Below are positions 29,361 through 39,525 of a stretch of DNA of 64,000 nucleotides, one piece after another. The notes under the pieces are model-generated. The model saw nothing but the letters and a program-made list of their open reading frames with translations. It was not told where the DNA came from and made no database searches. The stretch's first letter is position 1. Every line of letters begins with the position of its first letter. Origin of the DNA: an uncultured Nitrososphaerota archaeon (GTDB lineage Archaea; Thermoproteota; Nitrososphaeria; Nitrososphaerales; Gagatemarchaeaceae); contig CAVRAG010000004.1 of assembly GCA_963718895.1 (NCBI GenBank), positions 256,001-320,000 of the forward strand, in the 5' to 3' direction. Both the position numbers and the translations under genes were made by a program.

Positions 29361-29651
29361 ATGAATGACTTGACTGAATCACAGGGTCGGGCGATGATGA
29401 TTGGAGTGCCAACATTGGTGCTTCTGACTCTTGCTGGATTCATTGTCAGCGCAGTACTCGAAGGGGCTTCGCGTACCCCTGCCCCCATTCTCGTTCCACT
29501 TGCCTTGAATCTCGGTCTTGGGTATGTGCTACTCAGAGGTGGAAAGCATGCTGGAGCCGGGCGAGTGATCCTCTATGGCGGAATGCTTGCCTCAGCGGCG
29601 CTGTTCTTCGTCTTCATTGTGCTCTTTTCGCCAAATTCGCTGTTTGGTTAG
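29361..29651 (+). CDS. Small 3-TM membrane protein
   Basis: Hydrophobic ORF; start inferred. Confidence 0.5.
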   Translation: MNDLTESQGRAMMIGVPTLVLLTLAGFIVSAVLEGASRTPAPILVPLALNLGLGYVLLRGGKHAGAGRVILYGGMLASAALFFVFIVLFSPNSLFG

Positions 29652-29878
29652 CTAGGGGTCTGCAGAACTTTCAGTAGTCTTGTTAATCTTGGATAAAGAA
29701 AGAAGGACATGCCACGGATAGGGTCCATTGCGTTTCCCGGAAACTGGTGTAGAACGTGGGGTGGTCCTAGAGCCAGCGACTCGTCCCAACTCAGCCTGCG
29801 TTGTTGGCCATTCGATTAGACACCCGGCGAACTCAACCCAAACAGATGCCGATGAGGGTAGCATTCGGAAGGCTGCTG

Positions 29879-30496
29879 TCACTCCGTCGCATAGCCTTTC
29901 TCGATGAGGAACTTCTTGAAGTCCTCCGACTCGGTTATCATCAGATCGATAGAGCGGAGGAGCATCGCGTAGAAGAACTCCATTGCCTCGTGGCTGCGCT
30001 GGCAGTTCGGACAGATATTGGTCTGCTTGGTGGGGATGAACCTCTGGAGCTCCTTGGTTCGGAACTGCTCAAAAGCGCCCTGCAGGGCCCTCGTCACGGG
30101 CTCGCGCATCTCCCCGGTCATCTTCTCGAGGATGCCGCTCACCCTGAGCGCGGCGTCGAACTCCTGATCGATGCGATACTTCCCCCAGGTGCTCCTTTCG
30201 CAGACGAAGCGCTTCTTCCTCTCCCCCTTCCGCTTCTTCTCCCTCGGGTAGAGGAAGACGTATTCCAGGCGGTATAGCTCCTTGAGGGTCGAATAGACGA
30301 CGCTGGCGGGTATCATCTCCCGCCGCGTGATGTCCTCCACCGTGACCCCCTGGGCGCCTGCCTGGCGTATCTGGTCCATTATTCGCCAGGTCGTCTCCTT
30401 CGAGAGCAGGTCCGCCTCCAGGTACGACTTGACCGGAAGATGGGTCAGGTATGTCTTGATGTTCTTCGCCTTCGCGGTCCGCATCAGCGACCGCAT
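29879..30496 (-). CDS. Winged-helix regulator with CxxC, divergent from Ehr operon
   Basis: VTVEDI...SVVYSTLKELYRLEYV HTH; CPNC..H. Confidence 0.6.
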   Translation of the reverse strand: MRSLMRTAKAKNIKTYLTHLPVKSYLEADLLSKETTWRIMDQIRQAGAQGVTVEDITRREMIPASVVYSTLKELYRLEYVFLYPREKKRKGERKKRFVCERSTWGKYRIDQEFDAALRVSGILEKMTGEMREPVTRALQGAFEQFRTKELQRFIPTKQTNICPNCQRSHEAMEFFYAMLLRSIDLMITESEDFKKFLIEKGYATE

Positions 30497-30734
30497 CGTC
30501 GTGGCGGCCTTAAGACTTTCGAGATTTCTCTATTTCCCGAAATTAGCGCGATTCCAATCTTTCGGGTCAAAATATCTAATAGCTGAACCGGGTCGCGGGC
30601 CGCTCCTAGAATTGCCAGACCCGACCATGCAGAGCCTTCCGACCTCGAGCTTCGAGGAGACCGGGGAGACTGCTGCCAGTTGACAGCTATACGATTGTCA
30701 GAGTAGGACAGAGAAGAGAGAACCCGAGACTCAG

Positions 30735-32812
30735 TTGAACGTCAGCTACGCCGTCCCAGCCCTGTTTCTAGCGATCGTCGCGCTCTTCGTCGTTGGCGCG
30801 CTGCTGCCGCTCTTGCTCAGGGATGCGAGGCGTGCGACCATCGCCGCGTTCGTGCCGGCGGCCGTCGCCTCCGCGCTGACGGTGGCGCTCTCGGTCCTGG
30901 TATTGTCCTCGGGAGCCGTGGTCCTGTTCTCATCTCCTCTCGCCGCGCCCGCACCCTCAATCGGGATCACGTTCTACATCGACGGCGTCGCCGCCTTCTT
31001 CATGCTGATTATCGGGCTCGTCGCGGCAGCCGTATCCGTCTACTCGCTGGGCTACAGCGGCGCGTCTGGCGGAGGGCACAGCGGCAAGTCCCTCGGGCTG
31101 CTGCTCAACGTCTTCGTCCTGTCGATGATCCTGGTGACAGCCACGGACAACGTGTTCTCTTTCCTGTTGTTCTGGGAGCTCATGTCGCTTACCTCGTTCC
31201 TTCTGGTCATCCACGACGACGAGAAGCCGGCCAACCTCAAGTCGGGGATCACTTACCTTGTCATGACGCATGTCGGCACCGCGCTCATCACGGCCGCATT
31301 TCTCGTCCTCTACTTCCAGACCGGGAGCCTCTCGTTCGACGTGTTCAGGAACTCCGCCGGTCAGCTCGCCCCCCTCACCAAGGACGCCGTCTTCGTCCTG
31401 GCGCTGGCTCGGCTTCGGCACCAAGGCTGGGCTGGTCCCTATGCACATCTGGCTCCCCAAGGCGCATCCCTCCGCCCCGAGCAACGTCTCCGCCCTCATG
31501 TCGGGGGTGATGCTGAAGGTGGCCATCTACGGGCTGGTCAGGGTAACGCTGGACTTCGTCGTCCCGAGCTCCCCAGGAGACGCCTGGCTCGGCCTGCTCA
31601 TGGTGGGAGCCGGGGCCACCTCCGCGCTGGTCGGGGTCCTCTACGCTGCCGTAGAGCACGACATCAAGCGCGCCCTTGCGTACCACAGCGTAGAGAACAT
31701 CGGGATCATCGTCCTGGGTCTCGGGCTCACGGTGGTCTTCATGTCGTATGGGCTCGCAACTCTGGCAGCCCTCGCGCTGCTCGCCAGCATGTACCACTCG
31801 CTCAACCACGCGGTCTTCAAGGGGCTCCTGTTCATGGGGGCCGGGTCGGTCGTGGCCAGGACCGGTAACGCCGACATGAATCTGATGGGCGGACTGGCGA
31901 AGAGGATGCCGTGGACCGCCGCGTTCTTCCTCGTCGGGTCCATAGCCATCGCAGGTCTCCCTCCGCTCAACGGATTCGTCAGCGAGTGGCTCACGATGCA
32001 GGCGCTGCTCTCGTCATACCAGGTGCCCAACCAGGCGCTGCAGGTCTCGATCGGCTTCGCCAGCATCGCCTTCGCGCTGACCCTCGGGTTGGCTCTGGCC
32101 ACATTCGTCAAACTATTCGGAATCTCTTTCCTGTCGCGGCCGCGGTCCGGAGAAGCCGAGCGGGCCACCGAGGTCCCCCGAACGATGATCGGCGGCATGG
32201 CCGTCGGCGGGCGTGCTCTGTGTCGTGCTGGGCGTGCTGCCGTTCTTGGCGACGTCCGCCATCGCGTCGGCCTTCAATCTGAACCTGGGGCTGACCTCCC
32301 CGTACTCCGCGCTCGGTCCCCTCGCCGTGGGTTACACCGCAAACGGCCTGAGCTCCGTCAGCAGCCTCTCGATGCCGACGGTGCTGATTCTCACCGGGTC
32401 GGTAGGTGCTGCGCTCTTCGGCTTCGTGGCCCTCGCCGGCTCCGGACGGAAGCCGGTCGTTCGACCGTACCCGACATGGGAGGGTGGTTTCGGTCCACTC
32501 AGCGAGAGGACCGAGTACACCGCCACTTCGCTCTCCCAGCCCATCCGCACCGCGTTCAAGGCGTTCTACAGGCCGCACACGAGCATCCATCGCGAGTACA
32601 ACGGCTCAAATCGCATGGTCACGAGGTCGGTGAGCGTCGTCTCCGAGACCAGGGAGATATTCGAGGACTACCTCTACTCGCCGATCGTCAGCGGGACCCT
32701 GTTCGTCCTCGACAAGGTGCGAAGGATCCAGACGGGCAAGGTGAACTCCTACCTCCTCTACATGATGATAGCGACTGTCTCACTGCTGCTACTGGCGGTG
32801 CTCGAGCAATGA
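30735..32812 (+). pseudogene. hyfB: HyfB/EhrA-like antiporter subunit (NuoL/MrpA family), two +1 frameshifts (~31408, ~32208)
   Basis: FWELMSL, KAGLVPMHIWLPKAH, LAYHSVEN, GLPPLNGF, IQTGKVNSYL found across three frames. Confidence 0.8.
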
Positions 32813-33783
32813 TGGTCTACGACTTCGCCCTGAGCGCCGGTCCTGTGGAGGTCGCAGTCATCGGGATTCTGCAGGCTGCCGGCATATTCGCCCTCGCGCC
32901 CCTGCTGACGGGCATCATGCGCAAGGTCAAGGCGAAGACCCAGAAGAGGGTCGGGGTGAGTGTCATCCAGCCCTACTATGACCTGCTGAAGCTCCTGAAG
33001 AAGGACGAGGTTGTCTCCGAGCACGCCTCCTGGATCTTCTCCTGGGCGCCGTGGGTCGTCGCAGCCTCGACCATGGCCGCGGCGCTCTTCGTCCCCGTCT
33101 TCGTCCCGTTCAGCCCCGTCAGCTCCGCGGGAGACATCCTGGTCGTGTTGGGCCTGTTCGCCCTCGCGCGCTTCTTCACCATGCTCGCCGGGATCGACAC
33201 TGCCAGCGCGTTCGGTGGCATCGGAGTCAGCCGGGAGATGATGATGTCCTCGCTGGCAGAGCCAGGCCTGTTCCTCACCGTCTTCGTCGTGTCCCTCACC
33301 TTTGGCGGGACGAACCTCACCAGCCTCGTGGGAGCTGCAGCGGTGTCCGGGGTTACCATCGCCCCGAGCCTGCTCTTCGGGCTCATCGCGTTCTTCATCA
33401 TAGCGCTGGCCGAGACGGGGAGGCTGCCGTTCGACAACCCGGCCACCCATCTCGAACTGACCATGGTCCACGAGGCCATGGTGCTCGAGTACTCTGGGAG
33501 GGGTCTGGCCCTCATCCAGTGGTCCCAGTCGATCAAACAGCTGCTCCTGCTCGGGCTCATGGTGGACCTGTTCCTGCCGATCGGGATGCCCGCATCCATA
33601 GACTCGGGCCTGCCTCTCCTAGGCCTCGGCGCCGGCGCCGTCGTCTTCAAGGTGGTCCTCCTCGCGGCGGGCGTCTCCTACCTTGAGACCCGCGTGGCCA
33701 AGTGGAGGCTGTTCAGGCTGCCGGACCTGTTCACGATGGCCATCGCGAGCGCGATGGTCGGGATGGTGCTGTTCTACCTATGA
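32809..33783 (+). CDS. hyfC: HyfC/HycD (NuoH-like) membrane subunit
   Basis: QPYYDLLKLL, ETGRLPFDNP.THLELTMVHEAM. Confidence 0.88.
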   Translation: MMVYDFALSAGPVEVAVIGILQAAGIFALAPLLTGIMRKVKAKTQKRVGVSVIQPYYDLLKLLKKDEVVSEHASWIFSWAPWVVAASTMAAALFVPVFVPFSPVSSAGDILVVLGLFALARFFTMLAGIDTASAFGGIGVSREMMMSSLAEPGLFLTVFVVSLTFGGTNLTSLVGAAAVSGVTIAPSLLFGLIAFFIIALAETGRLPFDNPATHLELTMVHEAMVLEYSGRGLALIQWSQSIKQLLLLGLMVDLFLPIGMPASIDSGLPLLGLGAGAVVFKVVLLAAGVSYLETRVAKWRLFRLPDLFTMAIASAMVGMVLFYL

Positions 33784-33797
33784 TTGGTGAGATGTAG

Positions 33798-34469
33798 TTG
33801 CAGATAGGACAACCCGACATAGTCGCGTTCTCCTCGGTGGCTCTCCTTGTCTCGACCTTCGGCGTGGTCGTCCGACGGAGCTTCGCGGGCTGGCTGAGCG
33901 CCTACCGGTACCAGTCGGTGGTCCTCGCCGGCTCGACCGGGCTCATCGCCTACGCGACGGGCGTCTGGGAGATATACGCGGCGGCCGTCCTCACCCTGCT
34001 GATCAAGGCCATCGTGATTCCGAGGCTGCTGGTCCGGGTCACAGAGGGGGTGAATGACGAGTTCAAGATCGAAGCGAACCCGTACGTGAGTATAAGGCTC
34101 TCCGTCTTGGTCTCGGCCCTCTTGGTCGCCCTCTCCTACGCCCTCGTCCAGGAGACCCTGCCGTCAGCGGGGCTGGACGCCCTGGCCGCGGCCTACCTGC
34201 CAATCTCGCTCTCCCTCTTCTTCATCGGGCTCTTCGTCATGGTCAGCAGGAGGATGGCACTCAACCAGGTGGTCGGCCTCCTCATCATCGAGAACGGCCT
34301 CTTCCTCTTCACCACGGCGCTGACGAGCGGCGTCTCCCTCATAATCGAGGTCGGGATCCTGGCCGACATCCTGGTCGGCGTGATGATCTCCGTTCTGCTC
34401 CTAATCAGGATGACCCGGACCTACGACACTCTCGACATCGGCCGTCTGGAGAAGCTCAAGGATGATTGA
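33798..34469 (+). CDS. hyfE: HyfE membrane subunit
   Basis: KAIVIP, QVVGLLIIENG; position in operon. Confidence 0.85.
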   Translation: MQIGQPDIVAFSSVALLVSTFGVVVRRSFAGWLSAYRYQSVVLAGSTGLIAYATGVWEIYAAAVLTLLIKAIVIPRLLVRVTEGVNDEFKIEANPYVSIRLSVLVSALLVALSYALVQETLPSAGLDALAAAYLPISLSLFFIGLFVMVSRRMALNQVVGLLIIENGLFLFTTALTSGVSLIIEVGILADILVGVMISVLLLIRMTRTYDTLDIGRLEKLKDD

Positions 34470-34475
34470 TCGGTC

Positions 34476-36029
34476 GTGTGGTGGTCGAACTTGCTGACCG
34501 TCGCTGGTCTGGTCCTCCCGTCGGGCTGGGGGGCCGTCCTTCTCACCATCATCTTGACCCCTGCCGTCTCGGCCGTGCTGGTGACCCTCACGCACAGGAA
34601 GAGGTGGGCCGAGGCCATCACGCTCGCCTCCGTAATGCTGGTGGGCCTCCAGGCCCTAGGGTTGGTAGCGGGCGTAATCGTTGGCAGGCAGGTCTCCGCC
34701 TTCGGCGAGATCCTGTACCTCGACGCGTTCGGCGCCCTGATCCTGATTCCGATAGCAGGCGTCGGATTCGTCGCCGCCCTCTACTCCATCAACTACATGG
34801 GGAGGCAGTACGACCGCGGCATCGTCGACGACCGGCACATAGTCAGGTACTACCAGGGATTCAACGGGTTCATGCTCACCATGCTCGTCGTCCCGCTTGC
34901 GAACGACATGGGGCTCATGTGGGTCGCAATCGAGGCGACCACTCTCGTCTCCGTCTTCATGATAATGCTCTACACGACCGAGGGGGCCATCGAGGCCGCC
35001 TGGAAGTACCTGACGATCGCCACGGTGGGGCTGTCCCTCGCCCTGCTCGGCATAGTCCTCTTCTCGTACGCGAACACCTCGGCATCGCCCTCGGCCTCAG
35101 GGATGGACTGGACGAGCATGGTCGCCAACTCGGCACTCCTCAACCCGGGGATCGTCAAGGTTGCCTATGTCTTCGTCCTTGTGGGCCTTGGAACGAAGGC
35201 CGGCCTCGCCCCTATGCACACGTGGCTCCCGGACGCCCACGGAGAGGCCCCGACCCCCGTCAGCGCGCTGCTCTCAGGCGTCCTACTGAACTGCGCCATC
35301 TACGGCGTGCTGAGGTTCTATATCGTAGCGTCCGGCACGCTGGGACCGGCATTCCCAGGCCAGCTGCTCATCCTGCTCGGCCTGCTTTCCATGGGCATAG
35401 CGGCGGCATCCATCTACTTCCAGAAAGACATGAAGAGGATGCTAGCGTACTCGAGTGTCGAGCACATGGGGATAGTCTCACTGGCGGTGGGCTTTGGAGG
35501 CTTTCTGGGGCTCTTCGCCGCCCTGCTCCACATAATCAACCACGCCATTGCGAAGCCCCTGATGTTCTTCGCGAGCGGCACGGTGAGCCAGAGGTACGGG
35601 ACCAAGGTGATGGCAGAAATCAAGGGGATCATCAGGGTCATGCCGGTCACGGGCGCCATGCTCCTCCTCGGAGGCCTGGCCATAGCCGGGATGCCCCCGT
35701 TCAACGTATTCCTGAGCGAGTTCCTCGTGATGACGGATGGATTCGGCACGGGACAGTTCTTGATCACCCCGATAATGATCATCCTCCTCGTGGTCGTCTT
35801 CGCGGGGTTCTTGCGGCACCTCGTGCCTATGGTGTTCGGGAACCCGGCCACCGGGAAGGCGGTCCCCTCCGAGAAGGGTTTGGGAACCGACGGCATGGGG
35901 GTGCTCGCGGTGGCCCCGATGCTAATCCTGGCGTCGCTGGTGATAGTCCTCGGATTCTTTGTCCCCCAGCCTCTGCAGACCCTCATCCGCGACGCGACGC
36001 AGGTGTTCAGCCAGGGGGCGGCATCCTAG
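34476..36029 (+). CDS. hyfF: HyfF antiporter-like subunit
   Basis: WVAIEATT, EAAWKY, HTWLPDAH.EAP, KRMLAYSS.EH. Confidence 0.88.
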   Translation: MWWSNLLTVAGLVLPSGWGAVLLTIILTPAVSAVLVTLTHRKRWAEAITLASVMLVGLQALGLVAGVIVGRQVSAFGEILYLDAFGALILIPIAGVGFVAALYSINYMGRQYDRGIVDDRHIVRYYQGFNGFMLTMLVVPLANDMGLMWVAIEATTLVSVFMIMLYTTEGAIEAAWKYLTIATVGLSLALLGIVLFSYANTSASPSASGMDWTSMVANSALLNPGIVKVAYVFVLVGLGTKAGLAPMHTWLPDAHGEAPTPVSALLSGVLLNCAIYGVLRFYIVASGTLGPAFPGQLLILLGLLSMGIAAASIYFQKDMKRMLAYSSVEHMGIVSLAVGFGGFLGLFAALLHIINHAIAKPLMFFASGTVSQRYGTKVMAEIKGIIRVMPVTGAMLLLGGLAIAGMPPFNVFLSEFLVMTDGFGTGQFLITPIMIILLVVVFAGFLRHLVPMVFGNPATGKAVPSEKGLGTDGMGVLAVAPMLILASLVIVLGFFVPQPLQTLIRDATQVFSQGAAS

Positions 36030-37696
36030 TGGCGGGGCAGACAGGGGTCGCTGGCTGCGAGGCGAAGCTGCGCGCCCGATTCACGATGGGGACGAATTCC
36101 ATTCGGCTGCTAAACGGAAACGAACTTCACTTCAGGATTAGTAGGAGGGAAGAGCTCCCGGACGTGTGCGCCTACGTGTACGATGAACTGAAAGGCGTCC
36201 TGGCGACGGTCGTCTGTTCCGACGAGAGGCGCCTCAGTGGAGAGTTCGTCCTCAGGTACGCCTTCGGCATCGGCGGTGAGGACCTCTTCATCGTGGTCGA
36301 GGCGGGGGTCGAGCAGGGTCACCCCGACTCGCCTTCCTCCTTCCCGAGCGTGGCGACCCGTCTGCCGGCCGCGACCCTCTATGAGCGGGAGGTTAGGGAC
36401 ATGTTCGGCCTTGTGCCAGAGGGCCATCCGGACGTGAGGCCGATGGTGCTTCACGAACAATGGCCCCACCGCGCGCATCCCCTGAGGAAGGACTTCGAGA
36501 TGGGCACCAAAGTAGGCAGGGTCACGGACCGTCCATACGAGTTCCTCAGGGTGGACGGAGAGGGCGTCTCCGAGATCCCGGTAGGCCCAGTCCACGCGGG
36601 GATAATCGAGCCCGGCCACTTCAGGTTCAGCACTCTCGGCGACACCATAGTCAACCTGGAGACGCGACTCTACTACACGCACAGGGGGGTCGAGAAGCTA
36701 TCGGAGTCGATGAAGCTGGACCATATCCTCCTTGTCAGCGAGCGAATATCCGGCGACGAGGCGGTGGCGAACTCGACGGCCTACTGCCAGGCCATCGAGA
36801 AGATCGCTGGAGTGACCCCACCACGAAGGGCGCTCCAGATTAGGGCCGTCTGCGCAGAGATGGAACGCATGTACAACCACATCGGCACGGTTGCAGGACT
36901 CTCGACCGATGTGGGGTTCGCCTACGGCTCCGCCAGGCTCAGCATCTTGAAGGAGAGGATGATGCGGCTGAACGAAGAGGTTGCGGGGAGCCGGCTCCTC
37001 TTCGGCGTCAACAGGCTGGGTGGGGTTGGCGTAGACCTGACCGAGGAGAAGGCCGGGCGAGTGCTTGCCGAGGTCGACGCAGTGCTGGGAGATTTCAAGC
37101 GTGTGGTGTCCGTCCTGAGGAACGATTCGTCAGTCATGGACAGGTTGAGGGGAACAGGGGCGATATCCTCCGCCGTCGCCCTGGAGTTGGGTCTGGTGGG
37201 GGTCGCTGCGAGAGCGTCGGGCGTGGACATCGACGTGAGGAGAGACCATCCCTACGGCGCCTACCGCTCTCTTCGTGTCGACTCGCACCACGACACCGGG
37301 GAGCGCGCGGCCCACTACGAGACCGAGATGAAGAGGAGAAGGGGAGACGTGCTTGCGCGCTTTGAGGTGAGGGTCGAGGAGGTCGACAACTCGGCAGCGG
37401 TCGTGAGAGAAGTGCTGCAGGACCTCGACGGTGGGCGGGAGCTAGTGGTCCCTCTAGCGAAGGACGCGCTCAAACCCTACGCCCACGCACTGGGCTATGC
37501 GGAGTCCCACAGGGGCCAGACCGTCCACTGGGCGATGATCGGGGAAGACCGGGACTCGCTCTTCCGCTACAAGGTGAGGACGGCGTCGTTCGCCAACTGG
37601 CCGGCGATAGAGACAGCTGTGCTCAATGACATAGTCGCTGATTTCCCTCTCGTGAACAAGAGCTTGGACCTGTCCTACGCAGGGAACGACCTGTGA
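36029..37696 (+). CDS. hyfG: HyfG/EhrL large subunit (NuoC+D-like) lacking NiFe cysteines
   Basis: YEREVRDMFG, GPVHAGIIEPGHFRF, ERISGD (no CxxC), NKSLDLSYAGNDL (no DPC..C). Confidence 0.85.
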   Translation: MAGQTGVAGCEAKLRARFTMGTNSIRLLNGNELHFRISRREELPDVCAYVYDELKGVLATVVCSDERRLSGEFVLRYAFGIGGEDLFIVVEAGVEQGHPDSPSSFPSVATRLPAATLYEREVRDMFGLVPEGHPDVRPMVLHEQWPHRAHPLRKDFEMGTKVGRVTDRPYEFLRVDGEGVSEIPVGPVHAGIIEPGHFRFSTLGDTIVNLETRLYYTHRGVEKLSESMKLDHILLVSERISGDEAVANSTAYCQAIEKIAGVTPPRRALQIRAVCAEMERMYNHIGTVAGLSTDVGFAYGSARLSILKERMMRLNEEVAGSRLLFGVNRLGGVGVDLTEEKAGRVLAEVDAVLGDFKRVVSVLRNDSSVMDRLRGTGAISSAVALELGLVGVAARASGVDIDVRRDHPYGAYRSLRVDSHHDTGERAAHYETEMKRRRGDVLARFEVRVEEVDNSAAVVREVLQDLDGGRELVVPLAKDALKPYAHALGYAESHRGQTVHWAMIGEDRDSLFRYKVRTASFANWPAIETAVLNDIVADFPLVNKSLDLSYAGNDL

Positions 37697-38514
37697 TTGA
37701 CATGGACAAGTCTAGAGACATCCTCAGCAATGCGGTCGAGACCGACAGGGACGTACTCAACGGGGAAAGGTCGGTCTCAGGCTTTCGCGGAGACGTGTCG
37801 CTGGTGCCGCAGTCACCTGGCTTTGTAGCAGACCTTGAACTGTACGGGCAGCTGAAGAAAGTCTGCGCACCAAATGCGATTGCGGAGATTCCGGGCGAAC
37901 TCGGCCCCCAGCTTACACTCGACAAGGGCAGGTGCATAATGTGTGGGATGTGCAAGCAGGTCGCGCCCCAGCTAATCGTTGTCTCTGAGCACTTCGCCGC
38001 GCCCGTGAGAAGACAAAGAGAGCTCGTCGTCGCACAGATACCGGAGCCTCCTGACGGCGGCACCCGGCTCCAGCCCGATGAGATAGGGAGACAGCTGAAG
38101 GAGAAGGTGGTGCAGGCGCTCGGGAGATCGCTGGCGGTAAGGGAGGTAGATGCGGGCTCCTGCAATGGGTGCGAGGTCGAGGTCTCTGCGCTTAACAACC
38201 CGGTCTACGATGTCGAGAGATTCGGCGTGCACTTCGTAGCCTCTCCGCGCCATGCGGACGTCCTGTTGGTCACCGGGGTAGGTTCCAGGAACATGGAACT
38301 CGCCCTGAAGAGGGCGTTCGAGGCTACGCCGGACCCGAAGGTCGTTGTCGCTGCGGGAGCCTGCGCCTGTTCGGGAGGGTTGTTTGGGGATACGTATGCC
38401 ACAACAGGTGGGGTCGGAGGGATTGTGCCAGTTGATGTGTTCGTCCCCGGGTGCCCTCCGAGGCCTGAAGCGTTGCTGTATGGGCTACTCCTCGCGGTCG
38501 ATAGAATCCAGTAG
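37693..38514 (+). CDS. hyfI: HyfI/EhrS small subunit (NuoB-like) fused to N-terminal ferredoxin-like region
   Basis: CIMCGMC, GSCNGCEVE, SPRHAD, GACACSGG, PGCPP. Confidence 0.88.
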   Translation: MIDMDKSRDILSNAVETDRDVLNGERSVSGFRGDVSLVPQSPGFVADLELYGQLKKVCAPNAIAEIPGELGPQLTLDKGRCIMCGMCKQVAPQLIVVSEHFAAPVRRQRELVVAQIPEPPDGGTRLQPDEIGRQLKEKVVQALGRSLAVREVDAGSCNGCEVEVSALNNPVYDVERFGVHFVASPRHADVLLVTGVGSRNMELALKRAFEATPDPKVVVAAGACACSGGLFGDTYATTGGVGGIVPVDVFVPGCPPRPEALLYGLLLAVDRIQ

Positions 38515-38701
38515 CGCGTCTGGATTACGCGAGCATCCCAAGAAGGTTCGCCAAAAAAATCGTTCAAGAAAGAGTGGCGGATATGAATACCCCATTTCAC
38601 TTTGTCCAAGATTCTGTCTCAATTCTTACTCGGCTACCAATTCTAATGCCAAGCCGACCCACTTCAAACTCCCGGATTGATGGCGGATTCCAATGAACTC
38701 T

Positions 38702-38742
38702 TCCCGGCTTCTACGTGCGAACCGCGCCGAGGCCCGAGGCCC
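38702..38742 (+). repeat. Motif C
   Basis: tcccggcttctacgtgcgaaccgcgccgaggcccgaggccc. Confidence 0.85.
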
Positions 38743-38842
38743 TTTGATAGGCCCCTTGTCCGTCGAGGCGCGACTATACGGTTAAGATAATGGGACGCGT
38801 TCGATCATCAACCCGAAGTGGCTAGCCTGACTACACTGCCTG

Positions 38843-39472
38843 CTATCCAGCCACCAAGTTGAACCCGGACGCCCCCGAGTACAGCTCGCCTACGTAGGGA
38901 ACTCCTGAACCCGAGACCAGAACCATCTGAACCATGACGCTCGTGCTTCCCACGGTCTCGGGCGTCGCTGTGTTACCGTAGGACAGACCCACGCTGTAGA
39001 TCGCGGATGGGTCGCCGGAAGCCGGGAAGCCTGAGAGCGTCAAGACGGCTCCTGAAACCTCAGAAGGGCCTCCAGTGTAGTTGACGTTCTTCGTGTCGAG
39101 CGCGGGATAGTTTCCCGTGTAATAGCTGAACTGGCTCATCCAGACCTTGGCGGGGTACGGCCCGATTGAGAAGGTGAGGTTTAGTCCCTGGACGCTGAAT
39201 CCTGTTGCATGCCATACCTTGAACCCAAAGGCGGCCGCGTTCCCGGTTGAGTTCGCGGTCAGAAGTCGCGCCGTCGAGTAGTTGAACTCTGCAAGCAGCA
39301 CTCCGGACGCGCTCTTGAAGTAGAGAGTGCTCCATCCCGGGCTCGGAGACCCGGCGAAGCTGGCCGACATGGTGTTATGAGATTGATACACCTGATAGCC
39401 AAACGCGTAGGCCGAACCGAGAAAGAGGAGAACCACTACCACCACGATTGGGACTAGGAGTTTCCTTCTCAA
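38843..39472 (-). CDS. Membrane-anchored surface protein
   Basis: MRRKLL plus TM, Ser/Gly/Thr-rich body. Confidence 0.65.
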   Translation of the reverse strand: MRRKLLVPIVVVVVLLFLGSAYAFGYQVYQSHNTMSASFAGSPSPGWSTLYFKSASGVLLAEFNYSTARLLTANSTGNAAAFGFKVWHATGFSVQGLNLTFSIGPYPAKVWMSQFSYYTGNYPALDTKNVNYTGGPSEVSGAVLTLSGFPASGDPSAIYSVGLSYGNTATPETVGSTSVMVQMVLVSGSGVPYVGELYSGASGFNLVAG

Positions 39473-39502
39473 TTCCCTTCAGATTGGCCGGCTTGACTCG
39501 TC

Positions 39503-39523
39503 GATTTACGCTTTTGTCCGAAC
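39503..39523 (-). promoter_or_regulatory. Motif B variant
   Basis: gttcggacaaaagcgtaaatc. Confidence 0.7.
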
Positions 39524-39525
39524 GC

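Noticed and set aside
31270-33783. 837 aa HyfB-HyfC fusion
   Set aside because: Artefact of hyfB frameshifts; hyfC has its own ATG at 32809
34466-36028. 1076 aa ORF as one protein
   Set aside because: The N-terminal half is an alternative-frame shadow of hyfF; the real large subunit starts at GTG 36029
36029-37696. Active NiFe hydrogenase
   Set aside because: Both Ni-binding CxxC motifs are absent and no maturation genes are present
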